Position numbers and translations under genes: made by a program
From: Fibrobacterales bacterium
GTDB taxonomy: Bacteria; Fibrobacterota; Fibrobacteria; Fibrobacterales; JAOPTW01
Length of the DNA: 59,930 nucleotides
Direction of reading: 5' to 3'
NCBI GenBank assembly: GCA_051532055.1
Contig: JAOPTX010000053.1
Span: 1-59,930, forward strand
Part shown: positions 21,263 through 31,400 of the stretch, in pieces
Layout: every line of letters begins with the position of its first letter
Position numbering within the stretch: the stretch's first letter is position 1
The notes under the pieces: generated by a model
What the model saw: only the letters and a program-made list of their open reading frames with translations
Told to the model about the DNA's origin: nothing
Database searches by the model: none

Positions 21263-22402
21263 ATGGATGGACCAAAAATACTCTTTGTTGATGATGAGAT
21301 GAATATCCTTCAGGGGATAAAGCGAAAATTTCATAAACGCTTTAATATTGTCATTGCACAATTTGCTGAAAATGGTTTGAAAGAACTCGAAACAAACGGG
21401 CCCTTTGCTGCAGTATTTTCTGATATGAATATGCCAAAGATGGATGGCCTGGAATTTTTAAAAATTGTTAAGAAAAAATATCCTGACACGGTACGAACCA
21501 TGCTCACTGGCCTTGCTGATGTTAATACGGCAATGAGCGCAGTAAACGAAGGTGCTATATTTCGGTTTCTTACAAAGCCCTGCCCCGATGCTACTCTTGT
21601 CAACACAGTCAATGCAGCAATAGAACACCACAACCTTTTGACCGCAGAAAAAACACTGTTACAAAAAACATTTAGCGGTGCTCTCAAAGTGCTCGTCGAC
21701 ACACTCGGTCTCGCAAATCCAGTAGCAGCCACCCATGCAACACAAATACGAAATTATGTAAAACTGCTTTTGAAAGCTTCACCTCGCTCTGATGCGTGGA
21801 AAATTGAAATTGCCGGAATGCTCTGTCAAATAGGTTGTGTTACAATCCCACGGGATACTTTTGACAAAATTTATAAGACTGATGAACTCACATTGGATGA
21901 AAAAGATATTTGGAAGAGTTACCCCACTATTAGTCATGACCTCATTTCGAATATCCCCCGTCTAGAAGATGTTGCTCAAATATTAAAAATCCAGATGGAA
22001 GATTTTCCCGAAGGGGAAAAACGGACTGACATCTCTCAACTAGGCCCCATCCATTTTGGTCGCTGTGCACTAAAACTCGCCACAGATTTTGATATGTATA
22101 TAACCAAAGGAAGTACCGTAAAAGAGGCGCTTAATTATTTAACGGTGAATGCAAAAGGGTATCATCCTGAAATGTTATTTCAGTTTAAGCATTTAGAATT
22201 CCCAGAAATTCAAGAGAAGAAGCGTGCTATCAATGTACTTGATCTGCAGTTTGACATGCTTCTCGCCGAGGACCTCACTACTAATGATGGAGTACTCCTC
22301 GCTAAGAAGAATCAAGAAATTAGCAAAACTATGTGTCAGATGATCAAGAACTATTACTTTCAAGGTAAATTGAATGATGAAATATTCGTAGTGAATAGTT
22401 GA
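21263..22402 (+). CDS. Response regulator with degenerate HD-type output domain
   Basis: FVDDE, SDMNMP, FLTKP; MLCQIG in place of LHDIG. Confidence 0.85.
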   Translation: MDGPKILFVDDEMNILQGIKRKFHKRFNIVIAQFAENGLKELETNGPFAAVFSDMNMPKMDGLEFLKIVKKKYPDTVRTMLTGLADVNTAMSAVNEGAIFRFLTKPCPDATLVNTVNAAIEHHNLLTAEKTLLQKTFSGALKVLVDTLGLANPVAATHATQIRNYVKLLLKASPRSDAWKIEIAGMLCQIGCVTIPRDTFDKIYKTDELTLDEKDIWKSYPTISHDLISNIPRLEDVAQILKIQMEDFPEGEKRTDISQLGPIHFGRCALKLATDFDMYITKGSTVKEALNYLTVNAKGYHPEMLFQFKHLEFPEIQEKKRAINVLDLQFDMLLAEDLTTNDGVLLAKKNQEISKTMCQMIKNYYFQGKLNDEIFVVNS

Positions 22403-22464
22403 GTATCATAGATACGGAATATTAATTAAATCTACCAGGATACTATTCTGAGATTATTCGCCGC

Positions 22465-23565
22465 TTAACCTTTGTCTTGTTTTGTGTAGCTATCTATCAC
22501 AGCAATAAATGCTTCAGCATTTTTTACGAAGACATCAACCAATGTAGGATCAAAATGCTTTCCCCGTCCCATATGTATAATATCGATTGACTCATCGATA
22601 TTAAAGGCAGGCTTATACACACGCTGTGAAGTGAGCGCATCAAAGACATCAACAAGCCCAACAATCCGTCCACTTAACGGAATACTTTCACCTGATACCC
22701 CATAGGGGTACCCCGTACCATCCCAACGTTCATGGTGATTGAGCGCTATTTCTGCCGCTAATTCGGTTATCGGCGGTTGTTTTACCCCAGCCTTATGCAA
22801 TAGTTTGTATCCAATGAGAGAATGGCTTTTCATGGTTTCAAATTCGGTAGGAGTGAGTGCCGCTGGCTTTAACAGTATTGCATCAGGAATTCCTATTTTG
22901 CCCACATCATGCATGGGACTTGCACTCTCTATAAGCTCTGCGGTACTTTTGGGTACCCCCGCACAATCAGCAAGTAACCGACTCATTTTACTGATGCGCT
23001 CAATGTGAAACCCCGTTTCTACATCACGAAACTCAACAGCTTGGCCGAGTATATTAATTATTTCAACCTGTGCTTGCTGCAGTTCTATGTCTTTTTCGTA
23101 CACTTCATCCGAAAGTTTGTCATTTTGGATTTTAAGCTTATTATTCAAATGCCGTACGGTCAATAAATTAGTGAGGCGCTGGACTACTTCATGGGAATCA
23201 AATGGTTTTGTTAAAAAATCCAATGCACCCAGTGCCAATGCTTTATCACGAGATTCTGTATCAGTAAGGGCAGTGAGTACAAGAATAGGTACAATACTAT
23301 CTATTGAATCCATTGTGGTAAATTCTATAAGAAGATCAAACCCACTTAAATGAGGCATATTAAGGTCCAGTAGTACAATATCTGGTTCGAATGCCTGATA
23401 CATGCTCACCGCTTTTCGTGGGTCATTAATTGCAAGTACATTGGTATAACCACTACTATGCAGTACTTCCATAAGTAAATCAGTATTATCACTATTATCA
23501 TCAACAACTAACACTCGAGAAGCTTCGAGCTGTATATTATGTAATTTTGAAATCTGACTATACAT
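22465..23565 (-). CDS. RpfG-like response regulator, HD-GYP cyclic-dinucleotide phosphodiesterase
   Basis: Receiver; ETGFHIER, MHDVGKIG, HHERWDGTGYP, DVFDAL. Confidence 0.93.
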   Translation of the reverse strand: MYSQISKLHNIQLEASRVLVVDDNSDNTDLLMEVLHSSGYTNVLAINDPRKAVSMYQAFEPDIVLLDLNMPHLSGFDLLIEFTTMDSIDSIVPILVLTALTDTESRDKALALGALDFLTKPFDSHEVVQRLTNLLTVRHLNNKLKIQNDKLSDEVYEKDIELQQAQVEIINILGQAVEFRDVETGFHIERISKMSRLLADCAGVPKSTAELIESASPMHDVGKIGIPDAILLKPAALTPTEFETMKSHSLIGYKLLHKAGVKQPPITELAAEIALNHHERWDGTGYPYGVSGESIPLSGRIVGLVDVFDALTSQRVYKPAFNIDESIDIIHMGRGKHFDPTLVDVFVKNAEAFIAVIDSYTKQDKG

Positions 23566-23571
23566 ATATTC

Positions 23572-26526
23572 CTATAAGTAGGTATCCAATACCTTATAAA
23601 ACTCACTGATATTAATTGGTTTCGTTATGTAATCGTTAAAACCTGCTCGTTTTGCCTTTCGTTTCTCGGAGGGAAGTGCATTTGCCGTAAGGGCAACAAC
23701 ATATTGATCAGGGGATATTTCTCTTATTTTTTCAATTACTTCATATCCAGACATATCGGGTAATGAGATATCAAGGAGGACCACTTGCGGTGTCCTCGTA
23801 CTGTAGAGATCAATACCTGCCTGTCCATTGACCGCCTCCAATAATTCTATCCCTTTTCTACCACCAAGCAGCTCACGCACCAACTCCCTATTACTTTCAT
23901 TATCCTCTATGTAGAGAACGCGCATTAGCGACCCCCGCCTTGTCAAATCCCCCGTTTCTTTAACAGTCAACTGTTTTAGCTCTTCATCCGATCTCATAGA
24001 CCTCGGAAGTTTAATAGCAAAGGTCGAACCAGTACCCGATGTCTTACTCAATTCAATAGTACCATTCATAGCAGCCATCAATTTTTTACACAAGGTTAAT
24101 CCTATACCCGTCCCTTCAATGTTGGTATTTTCGATACCCAATCGATTAAAAGGTTCAAACACATTGGGAATATACTCAGGGGCAATACCGTACCCTGTAT
24201 CACTAATATTCAGCGTTATGGATTCGTCATTCTTATCAATGGACAACTCAATTTCACCCTTGCTGATATTGTATTTAACTGCGTTACTCAATACATTAAT
24301 CATTACTTGCTTAATGCGCAGATAGTCACCATGGACAAAGCAACCTTCTGCTGATGTGTAAAAGAGTTTTTCGTCCGCAATTTCGATACTGCGCTCATCG
24401 GCCATATGACGAATAACATCAAGTGCTTCACGCACCACATCATTCAGAGAAACTGATTCATTATCTAAGGCTATGGAGCCGGATTCGATCTTGGCTAAAT
24501 CAAGAATATCTGTAATGAGGCTTAGAAGATGTTCACCGGCAGTTCTAATTTTTTCTACAAACTGTCCCTCTTTTTTGAGCTTATTGGTAATGGCACGTTT
24601 TTCTAGAAGCTGGCTAAATCCAAGAATAGAATTGAGTGGTGTTCTCAATTCATGAGACATACTCGCAAGAAACGTTGACTTTGCTCTGTTTGATGCAACG
24701 GCTCTTTTTTTAGCATCCTGTAGCTCTCGAATGATCGCTTTTTGCTCAGTAATATCTTCTTTAACTGCTATGTAATGAGCAATGGAGCCATCACTATTTT
24801 TGATCGATGCAATAGCCGCCATTTCCCAAAAGAGTGAGCCATCTTTACGTTTATTACAGAGCTCACCATGCCACTCGTTACCACTCTCAATGGTCTCCCA
24901 CATCTCCTTGTAAAACTTCGTGGAATGTTTTCCCGATTTCAATATACTCATATTTTGACCAAGGGCATCATCAGAAGTATACAGAGTCACTTCAGTGAAC
25001 TTCTTATTAACATATTCTATTTTACCTAATGGGTCTGTCAGTCCAACACTTACCGGACTGAGCTCAACTGCCTGAGAGAATATTCCGGTCTCTTGTCGAG
25101 AAGTGACCAGTTCAGTAATATCTCTGATGATTACAATACAGTGATTATCTTCTAATGCATTAATCCGCGCCTCAAAATAGTGCATTGAAGAACCCATTGA
25201 TAATACATACTCTATGGTCACTAACTGATTCTCTGTAAAAACCTCTTCCAAGGCATGCGTAAACTGTGCACCCACTTCTGGTGGAACCATATCAATCATT
25301 TTTTTATTGAGAAACTGCTCTGGCTTCACATAGAGTTGTTCATCATCACTACAAAAATACGATTTTATTATTGAATTAGAATCAAGATGAAAAATAATAT
25401 CGGGTGATGCAGTGAGTACCTTTTGAAGCTCGTCCTTTTTTAAGCGCAAGCCTTCTTCAAGTATCTTTCTCATCTCAATCTGTTTATTCAACGATGTTGT
25501 TCGTTCTTCTACAATCTTTTCAAGTCCATTTTTATATTCTTCTAACTCTCTTTTCGCACTTTCTGAATCCGTGATATCCTGTGATGTTCCCAACAGGTGC
25601 AGTGCCTCTCCCGGTTGAGAAAGTACTTTTATCCGGTCACGGATATACTTCTCCTCACCACCCTTTGCTATAATCCGGTATTCAATGAGGTTTATTGGAG
25701 ATTTATCGGTAATTGCATCAAAAATTGTTGCAATTCGATTTCGATCATCGGGATGTACAAAACTAAGAAAGGAGTCAAAGGTCGATTCTCTCATTCCATG
25801 GACGAGACCAAAATTATCATACACTTGAGCGGACCAACTCATTGATCCTGAATACCCATACCACTCCCAACTCCCCACCAAGGAAATGGTCTGAGCTTCA
25901 TTGAGTAACAGTTGATTTTTTTCTAAGGCCTCAAATGCGGCGACACGAGCATTGATTTCGTTAAAGCTAAAAAAACCCCCACTAACCTCACCCTCTGTAT
26001 GGAAAGGGTATAACCACATCTCTGTATTGGTAATAGTTCCATCTTTACAGATGCATTGAGTATGGGGAGAGTAGTATTTTCTACCATCAGCAAGTGCACC
26101 TTTAACTCCTGATACTGTAGTGCCATTTTTTTCGCTTATTACTTTTGTAAAAATATCAATTTGAGAGAGCTCTGTAGTCGCATACCCCAGTATATTCTTA
26201 ATAGCACTATTTGAATAAAGTATCTTCCCCTCTTTATCGATCGTAATAATTCCTTCGTTGGTCAATTCATTAAACAGGTCATTTTGACTTTTCAAATTCT
26301 CTAACTCGAAAAAATTTTGTTTAAGCTTACGATACATCAGTATCATTAACGACACAAAGACGCCGAGAAGTAAAAAGACACCCTGAAAAGCTGGGAAAAT
26401 GAGATGCTCATTAAATTTAAGAATGTTATATGAATAAAAAATAAAACCAATAAGAGCAATAGCTGCAGATATGACGACAAATGAAATGAGTCCAATATTT
26501 ACAAATATCTTTTTAGGAGTAACCAC
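23572..26526 (-). CDS. Membrane-bound multi-PAS hybrid histidine kinase
   Basis: Two TM helices, four PAS-like domains, SMSHELRTPL, NAVKYN, GTGIGL, C-terminal receiver. Confidence 0.92.
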   Translation of the reverse strand: MVTPKKIFVNIGLISFVVISAAIALIGFIFYSYNILKFNEHLIFPAFQGVFLLLGVFVSLMILMYRKLKQNFFELENLKSQNDLFNELTNEGIITIDKEGKILYSNSAIKNILGYATTELSQIDIFTKVISEKNGTTVSGVKGALADGRKYYSPHTQCICKDGTITNTEMWLYPFHTEGEVSGGFFSFNEINARVAAFEALEKNQLLLNEAQTISLVGSWEWYGYSGSMSWSAQVYDNFGLVHGMRESTFDSFLSFVHPDDRNRIATIFDAITDKSPINLIEYRIIAKGGEEKYIRDRIKVLSQPGEALHLLGTSQDITDSESAKRELEEYKNGLEKIVEERTTSLNKQIEMRKILEEGLRLKKDELQKVLTASPDIIFHLDSNSIIKSYFCSDDEQLYVKPEQFLNKKMIDMVPPEVGAQFTHALEEVFTENQLVTIEYVLSMGSSMHYFEARINALEDNHCIVIIRDITELVTSRQETGIFSQAVELSPVSVGLTDPLGKIEYVNKKFTEVTLYTSDDALGQNMSILKSGKHSTKFYKEMWETIESGNEWHGELCNKRKDGSLFWEMAAIASIKNSDGSIAHYIAVKEDITEQKAIIRELQDAKKRAVASNRAKSTFLASMSHELRTPLNSILGFSQLLEKRAITNKLKKEGQFVEKIRTAGEHLLSLITDILDLAKIESGSIALDNESVSLNDVVREALDVIRHMADERSIEIADEKLFYTSAEGCFVHGDYLRIKQVMINVLSNAVKYNISKGEIELSIDKNDESITLNISDTGYGIAPEYIPNVFEPFNRLGIENTNIEGTGIGLTLCKKLMAAMNGTIELSKTSGTGSTFAIKLPRSMRSDEELKQLTVKETGDLTRRGSLMRVLYIEDNESNRELVRELLGGRKGIELLEAVNGQAGIDLYSTRTPQVVLLDISLPDMSGYEVIEKIREISPDQYVVALTANALPSEKRKAKRAGFNDYITKPINISEFYKVLDTYL

Positions 26527-26645
26527 CCTGACTTCCAGCTCATTAACTTATACTTTCAGTATATCACTTTTGCAGATCTAAAACAAAGATATTTAGTGTA
26601 TCAAATGCGATGAGCCATCTTATTTTTCTGGGATGCATGATCAAT

Positions 26646-27440
26646 TTAGAGCTGATCTCGTTGCTTGTGCGTTATAACGCCCTCTTCTTCCAAAGCATTG
26701 AGCATGAGAGTATCATACTCTGTATCGCTCGACTCATTTAAAATACGTTTTAAAAATTCAACAGACACACTTGTTTTCCAAAAAGCGTCTATCTCTGCAG
26801 GCTCAAGGTATTTTTTATCAACAAGGGTATCGACTACTCTCTTTTTATCATACAATTCAGAGAGTGAGCTGTATTGAAACATTGTGAGAAACTCTTCTGT
26901 CGCGTTGTTAATTTTCACCTCTTTTTCTGCATCAGTTATAATACCTCGCTTACACAGAGATTCATAGCGATTACACTCTTCAATAATATCACTAATGACA
27001 TTTTCAGAAGTGTCTCTTGTCATCTGAGTTAGGAATTGATGCTCTTTCTTTTTGTTATTAATATGATCACGTATATACATATCCTCTTGAATAATATGTT
27101 CACAGAGCCATGCGGTTACAAACTCCTCTATCTCATATATGTTAACGTAGTCAGTCGCACCAAGATGTTTAATTTTTACCATGAGATCATTAATCAAGTT
27201 TTTATGCAGTATTTTATGCGCTGCCCTTCCAGGATATTCTGCAATTTTCATCACCTCTTCTTCAGCGGCAAAATGATGCTTCACATACCCCACAAGAAAC
27301 TTCAGCACCTTAAGGATCTCAGTGTGAGTTGTTCCTTTTTTAAAAGAGCTTTCAATAAGATCAAGCATCTTGAATAACTCTTTATGCTGTTTATCTATTA
27401 TGGGTACATTTATTGCATAGGAATCAATCCACTTCATCAT
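26646..27440 (-). CDS. Bacteriohemerythrin with additional C-terminal domain
   Basis: W...IDKQH, HFAAEE, HKILH and HIIQED di-iron ligands. Confidence 0.9.
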   Translation of the reverse strand: MMKWIDSYAINVPIIDKQHKELFKMLDLIESSFKKGTTHTEILKVLKFLVGYVKHHFAAEEEVMKIAEYPGRAAHKILHKNLINDLMVKIKHLGATDYVNIYEIEEFVTAWLCEHIIQEDMYIRDHINNKKKEHQFLTQMTRDTSENVISDIIEECNRYESLCKRGIITDAEKEVKINNATEEFLTMFQYSSLSELYDKKRVVDTLVDKKYLEPAEIDAFWKTSVSVEFLKRILNESSDTEYDTLMLNALEEEGVITHKQRDQL

Positions 27441-27449
27441 TTACTCCTT

Positions 27450-28259
27450 TTATTCGGGTACTTCTGTAGTATGGGCAATTGCACTTGTATAGATTTGTTC
27501 ATTAATCGCCTCTTCTTTCTTCAGTACATCAAGAATTAACACAGCATAGGCCGGGTCTGTATGGAGTTCGGTACACTTGAGCACCAACGCTTCGGTTATA
27601 TACGCCGAAATAAGTTGCGTGATATCAACCTCTGTTATCCATTGGTGTTCTTGCAAAAACTGTAATAACATTTTTATATCATAAATTTCTGAGAGAGAGG
27701 TCATTCGTAACCCATCCAGAGATCTATGAAGGTTAACGAGCAAATTTTCTTTGTTCTCTTCTAAGTTTTCACCTGAGGCACCTTCCATAATTTCGGTACT
27801 CGTATTAAATATTGAGATAAAAAAACCAAAAGCAGGGACTCGCATCATTGCATTCTCAGACAGTACCCCTTCTTCTCTTTCAACCCATTCACGAATCTTA
27901 AGGTCATCTTGAATAAGGTGCACATTGACTACATCAATTAACATATCAAGAAGCTCCTGAGTATTGACCTCAATCTTTTCTCTTACCAGTGCAATTTTGG
28001 TATCTAGTAATTTTAGGAGTCTCCCATGATGCTCTGAATGCTCTTCTTCTTGAGGGTATCCCAGTGATTGCATCACTCGTTCTTCGGTATAAAAATGGTG
28101 AGTAATATACCCCATGAGAAAAGTGAGAGAGCGAACAGACTCACTATTGGTCGTTCCTTTTTTGAGGGACTCCCTCAACGTTTCAACGACATAAAAAAGT
28201 ATTTTATGTTGCATATCAACAATAGGAATATTGATCAAATGTAGCTTGAGCCATTTCAT
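27450..28259 (-). CDS. Bacteriohemerythrin with additional C-terminal domain (paralog)
   Basis: VDMQH, HFYTEE, HSEHH and HLIQDD; start set at MKWLK by alignment to the paralog. Confidence 0.85.
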   Translation of the reverse strand: MKWLKLHLINIPIVDMQHKILFYVVETLRESLKKGTTNSESVRSLTFLMGYITHHFYTEERVMQSLGYPQEEEHSEHHGRLLKLLDTKIALVREKIEVNTQELLDMLIDVVNVHLIQDDLKIREWVEREEGVLSENAMMRVPAFGFFISIFNTSTEIMEGASGENLEENKENLLVNLHRSLDGLRMTSLSEIYDIKMLLQFLQEHQWITEVDITQLISAYITEALVLKCTELHTDPAYAVLILDVLKKEEAINEQIYTSAIAHTTEVPE

Positions 28260-28356
28260 AGTATGAGCATACCACACTATCATGGGGCGGGCCACTGTAT
28301 TATCTAAATTTTGACCTTATTTACCCAAAATTTGGACTATTTAGTCTATAGACAAC

Positions 28357-28384
28357 AAAAAAGCCCTCTCATAGTGAGAGGGCT
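28357..28384 (-). terminator. Rho-independent terminator after the GH5 gene
   Basis: GCCCTCTCA/TGAGAGGGC stem followed by T6 on the minus strand. Confidence 0.85.
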
Positions 28385-28418
28385 GAATAAGAAAATTTGA
28401 ATGGTTACTCGTAAAAAA

Positions 28419-31400
28419 TTACTCTGAGCACCCTACGGTTGCACCACAAGGATCTGTTGTTCCTTCTACTAACCACATATTATCTACAGTTACTGTGTTT
28501 GCCCCATTGTTTCCAATGTTGAGCACGACACGTGCCGCAGCTGTTTGAGTCATAGTGAATGTATAGACATACCGTTGCATTGCCGTGGCTAATGCAGCCC
28601 CTGAACCAATATTTGTGTAATCGGTCCAAGGAGAGCCATCAGTTTCAATTTTGATATTCGCCAAACGAGACACGGATGCTTTGCCATCATAGGCAAAAGT
28701 ATAGGTTTTTCCTGTTTCGAGAGTAAAGCCAGCCTGTTTAGGCTGTACGTTCCAATCAGAAGTCCCTGGATTTGAAATTGCGATAGCATACTGACCAGAA
28801 AGAACTGCACAGGTTGCCGCTCCCCCATAGTTACTACATTCCCATCCTGAAGTTCCTCCAGAAAAGTCACCATTGCTCAGTAAATTGATTAATCGCACTT
28901 CTGAAGTTGTAATCGTGAGTGCTGCACTCTGAGTACTTGAACGATTCCCTGCTGCATCAATTGCCTCTACACTAAATCCATAAGAAGTGAGTGCCTGTAA
29001 CCCTGTAACACTCGCACTGGTACCAGACACTGTAGTCACCAACAATCCATCTTGATACACAGCATAGGCAGTAACGCCTACGTTATCTGACGCGGCATTC
29101 CAGTTAAGACTGACAGTCGATGCAGTCACACCCGCCTCGGATACTCCATTCACTACTGATGGTTTTTCGGTATCAGGAATCACTGGTACAAAACGAATCC
29201 AGTTAATGTTTTGACTTCCCGTTGTGAAATTCAGTCTCACGGTGTGTTGATCACCATTCGCTATAGTGAATGTTCCGCTTTCGGCAGTGTTCCATGTTTG
29301 GTATTTACTTCCCGAACCCGTATAGGTTGCTGAACCTTTTGTAAAGGTCGTCGCTTTTACTCCATCTATAAGCAGATCAAATGATCTGTTTGATTCCCAT
29401 GTTGCGAGGCGCGTCTCAAGTTTCCACTGACCCGGAGCCAATGTTTGATTGCTAAATGATACCCAGCGTCCTGCAGCGGTCCAACCAATATTTTCACCAC
29501 CACCAATATCGGCGGTTACTTCAGATTGAATACTGCTATGTTTAGTACTATACGACTCAGCTTGAATGAGAAGCGCTTCTTGTAATGGCTTTTCATCAGT
29601 GGTTACCAGAACCTCAGAACTCAAGCCAGAACGATTGTCCGATGGATCGACCGCTTCAACCTGTATTGAGTATTCAGTATTTGCTGTAAGACCTGAAAGA
29701 GTAATATTCAGTGCAGTACCTGCATCCTGTACTTCAACGCCATCAACATAGACAATGTACTTTTCAACGAAAATATTATCCTGTGAAGCAGTCCATGCGA
29801 CATCTACTGTTGTCATACCGGTAGTTGAAGCAGTAGTGATTACTGGAGCAGTTGGCGCTTCTGTATCTGCTTCTGTCGTTACGACAAGTGCAGCGCTCAC
29901 TGAAGAGATATTGCGTGCTGCATCAAGCGCATAGACTGTAATACTGTATTCAGTATTATAGCTCAGGCTGATGACTGTTGCGAAAAGGTTTGTCACCTCA
30001 TTGTAGTAGCCACCATTAACAAAAATCTGGTATGATTCTACTCCAACATTATCGGTTGCTGCAGTCCATGCAACATCAACTGTTGTCATAGAAACGCCGG
30101 TTGCCACAATAGGTCCCGGTTGAGAAGGTGCTTCGACATCAGGAGCCACATCTGTAGTTACTACAACAGCACTGCCTTGTACCGATTCATTCTCAGCAAC
30201 ATCAATAGCACTCACTGTAATACTATAGAGTGTTTCAGGAGTAAGGCCCGATACTACCGTTGAGAGTACATTCGAAAGAGTCCGTGCAAGGGTTCCATTA
30301 ATATAGAGGTTATACCCCTCAACGGCAACGTTATCCGTTGATGCATTCCACTGAAGTGCAATAGTGCTATGAGTTACTGTACCGGCAACTAATCCTGCTG
30401 GTACGGATGGCGCTTCACTATCAGAGAGTGTTCTAAAAAGTTGTGCACTGCTTTTTGCAGAACGATTCCCTGCAGCATCTTTTGCAACAATTTGAATAGC
30501 ATATTCGCTATCAATAGTAAGGCCATCGAGGGTAGTGTTTGGTGTATTCACCGATTGTACCAGCGCTGTTCCAACATACACATCGTACCCCACAACTGCG
30601 GTATTATCTGTTGAAGGATTCCAGCTTATCTCTAACGAGTTAAGGGTTGCGGTAGTGAGTGCAACATTTTGTGGTATCGATGGTGCTTCTGCATCTTGAG
30701 GAATACAGCTTTCTGTTTCTGCAAATACCACATCATCGATAATAACATCGTTTGTTCCATTACCACCCAGTTTAAAACCAACTTTTAAGTCAGCAAAACT
30801 AAACGCTGAGGTAAACGTGTGTGAATATTGAGTCATTGTTGTTGAGAGTGTATGTGCCGCTGATGTTACCGCTTGATACGGCGCACCATTTTGTTCAATC
30901 ATAAGAATGAGGTCACGAACACCCGTAGCGCGAGCGCGATATTTTACAACGTACTCTTTTCCGCTTTCAATTGACGTGGAGTTCCACACCTGAATCTGCC
31001 AGTCAAGTCCTGCCTGAGTAATATCAGCATGAAGCTCTCCTGATTGTTCGGTAAAGGTCCCTTGTCCACTCGTTCCTTCTACCCAATTGTCCCAGCCGGT
31101 CATTCCATCATCAAACGAACTATTGGTCAAGATATTTGTACACGGTTCAAAAGTAGATCCTTGTACATTGATAAGAACATTGTCGGTATGGGTACGCCCA
31201 TCATTATCTGTTACGGTTAATGAAATAGTGTGTATGCCATCATCAAGTGCTATTGCAATTGATGCACCCGTTCCGAGTACCACATCAGCCTCTTTCCATT
31301 CATACTGTTCGATAGTCCCATCAGTATCTACTGCTGAACCACTCAACGTCACCGGCTCACCAGGGAGCTGGTCACTATCAATGATGACTTGATCGACCCC

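Noticed and set aside
28900..30700. Recurrent similar DNA segments as a possible repeat array or CRISPR
   Set aside because: They are diverged FN3-coding repeats inside the GH5 ORF; I saw no identical repeat-spacer array in the window
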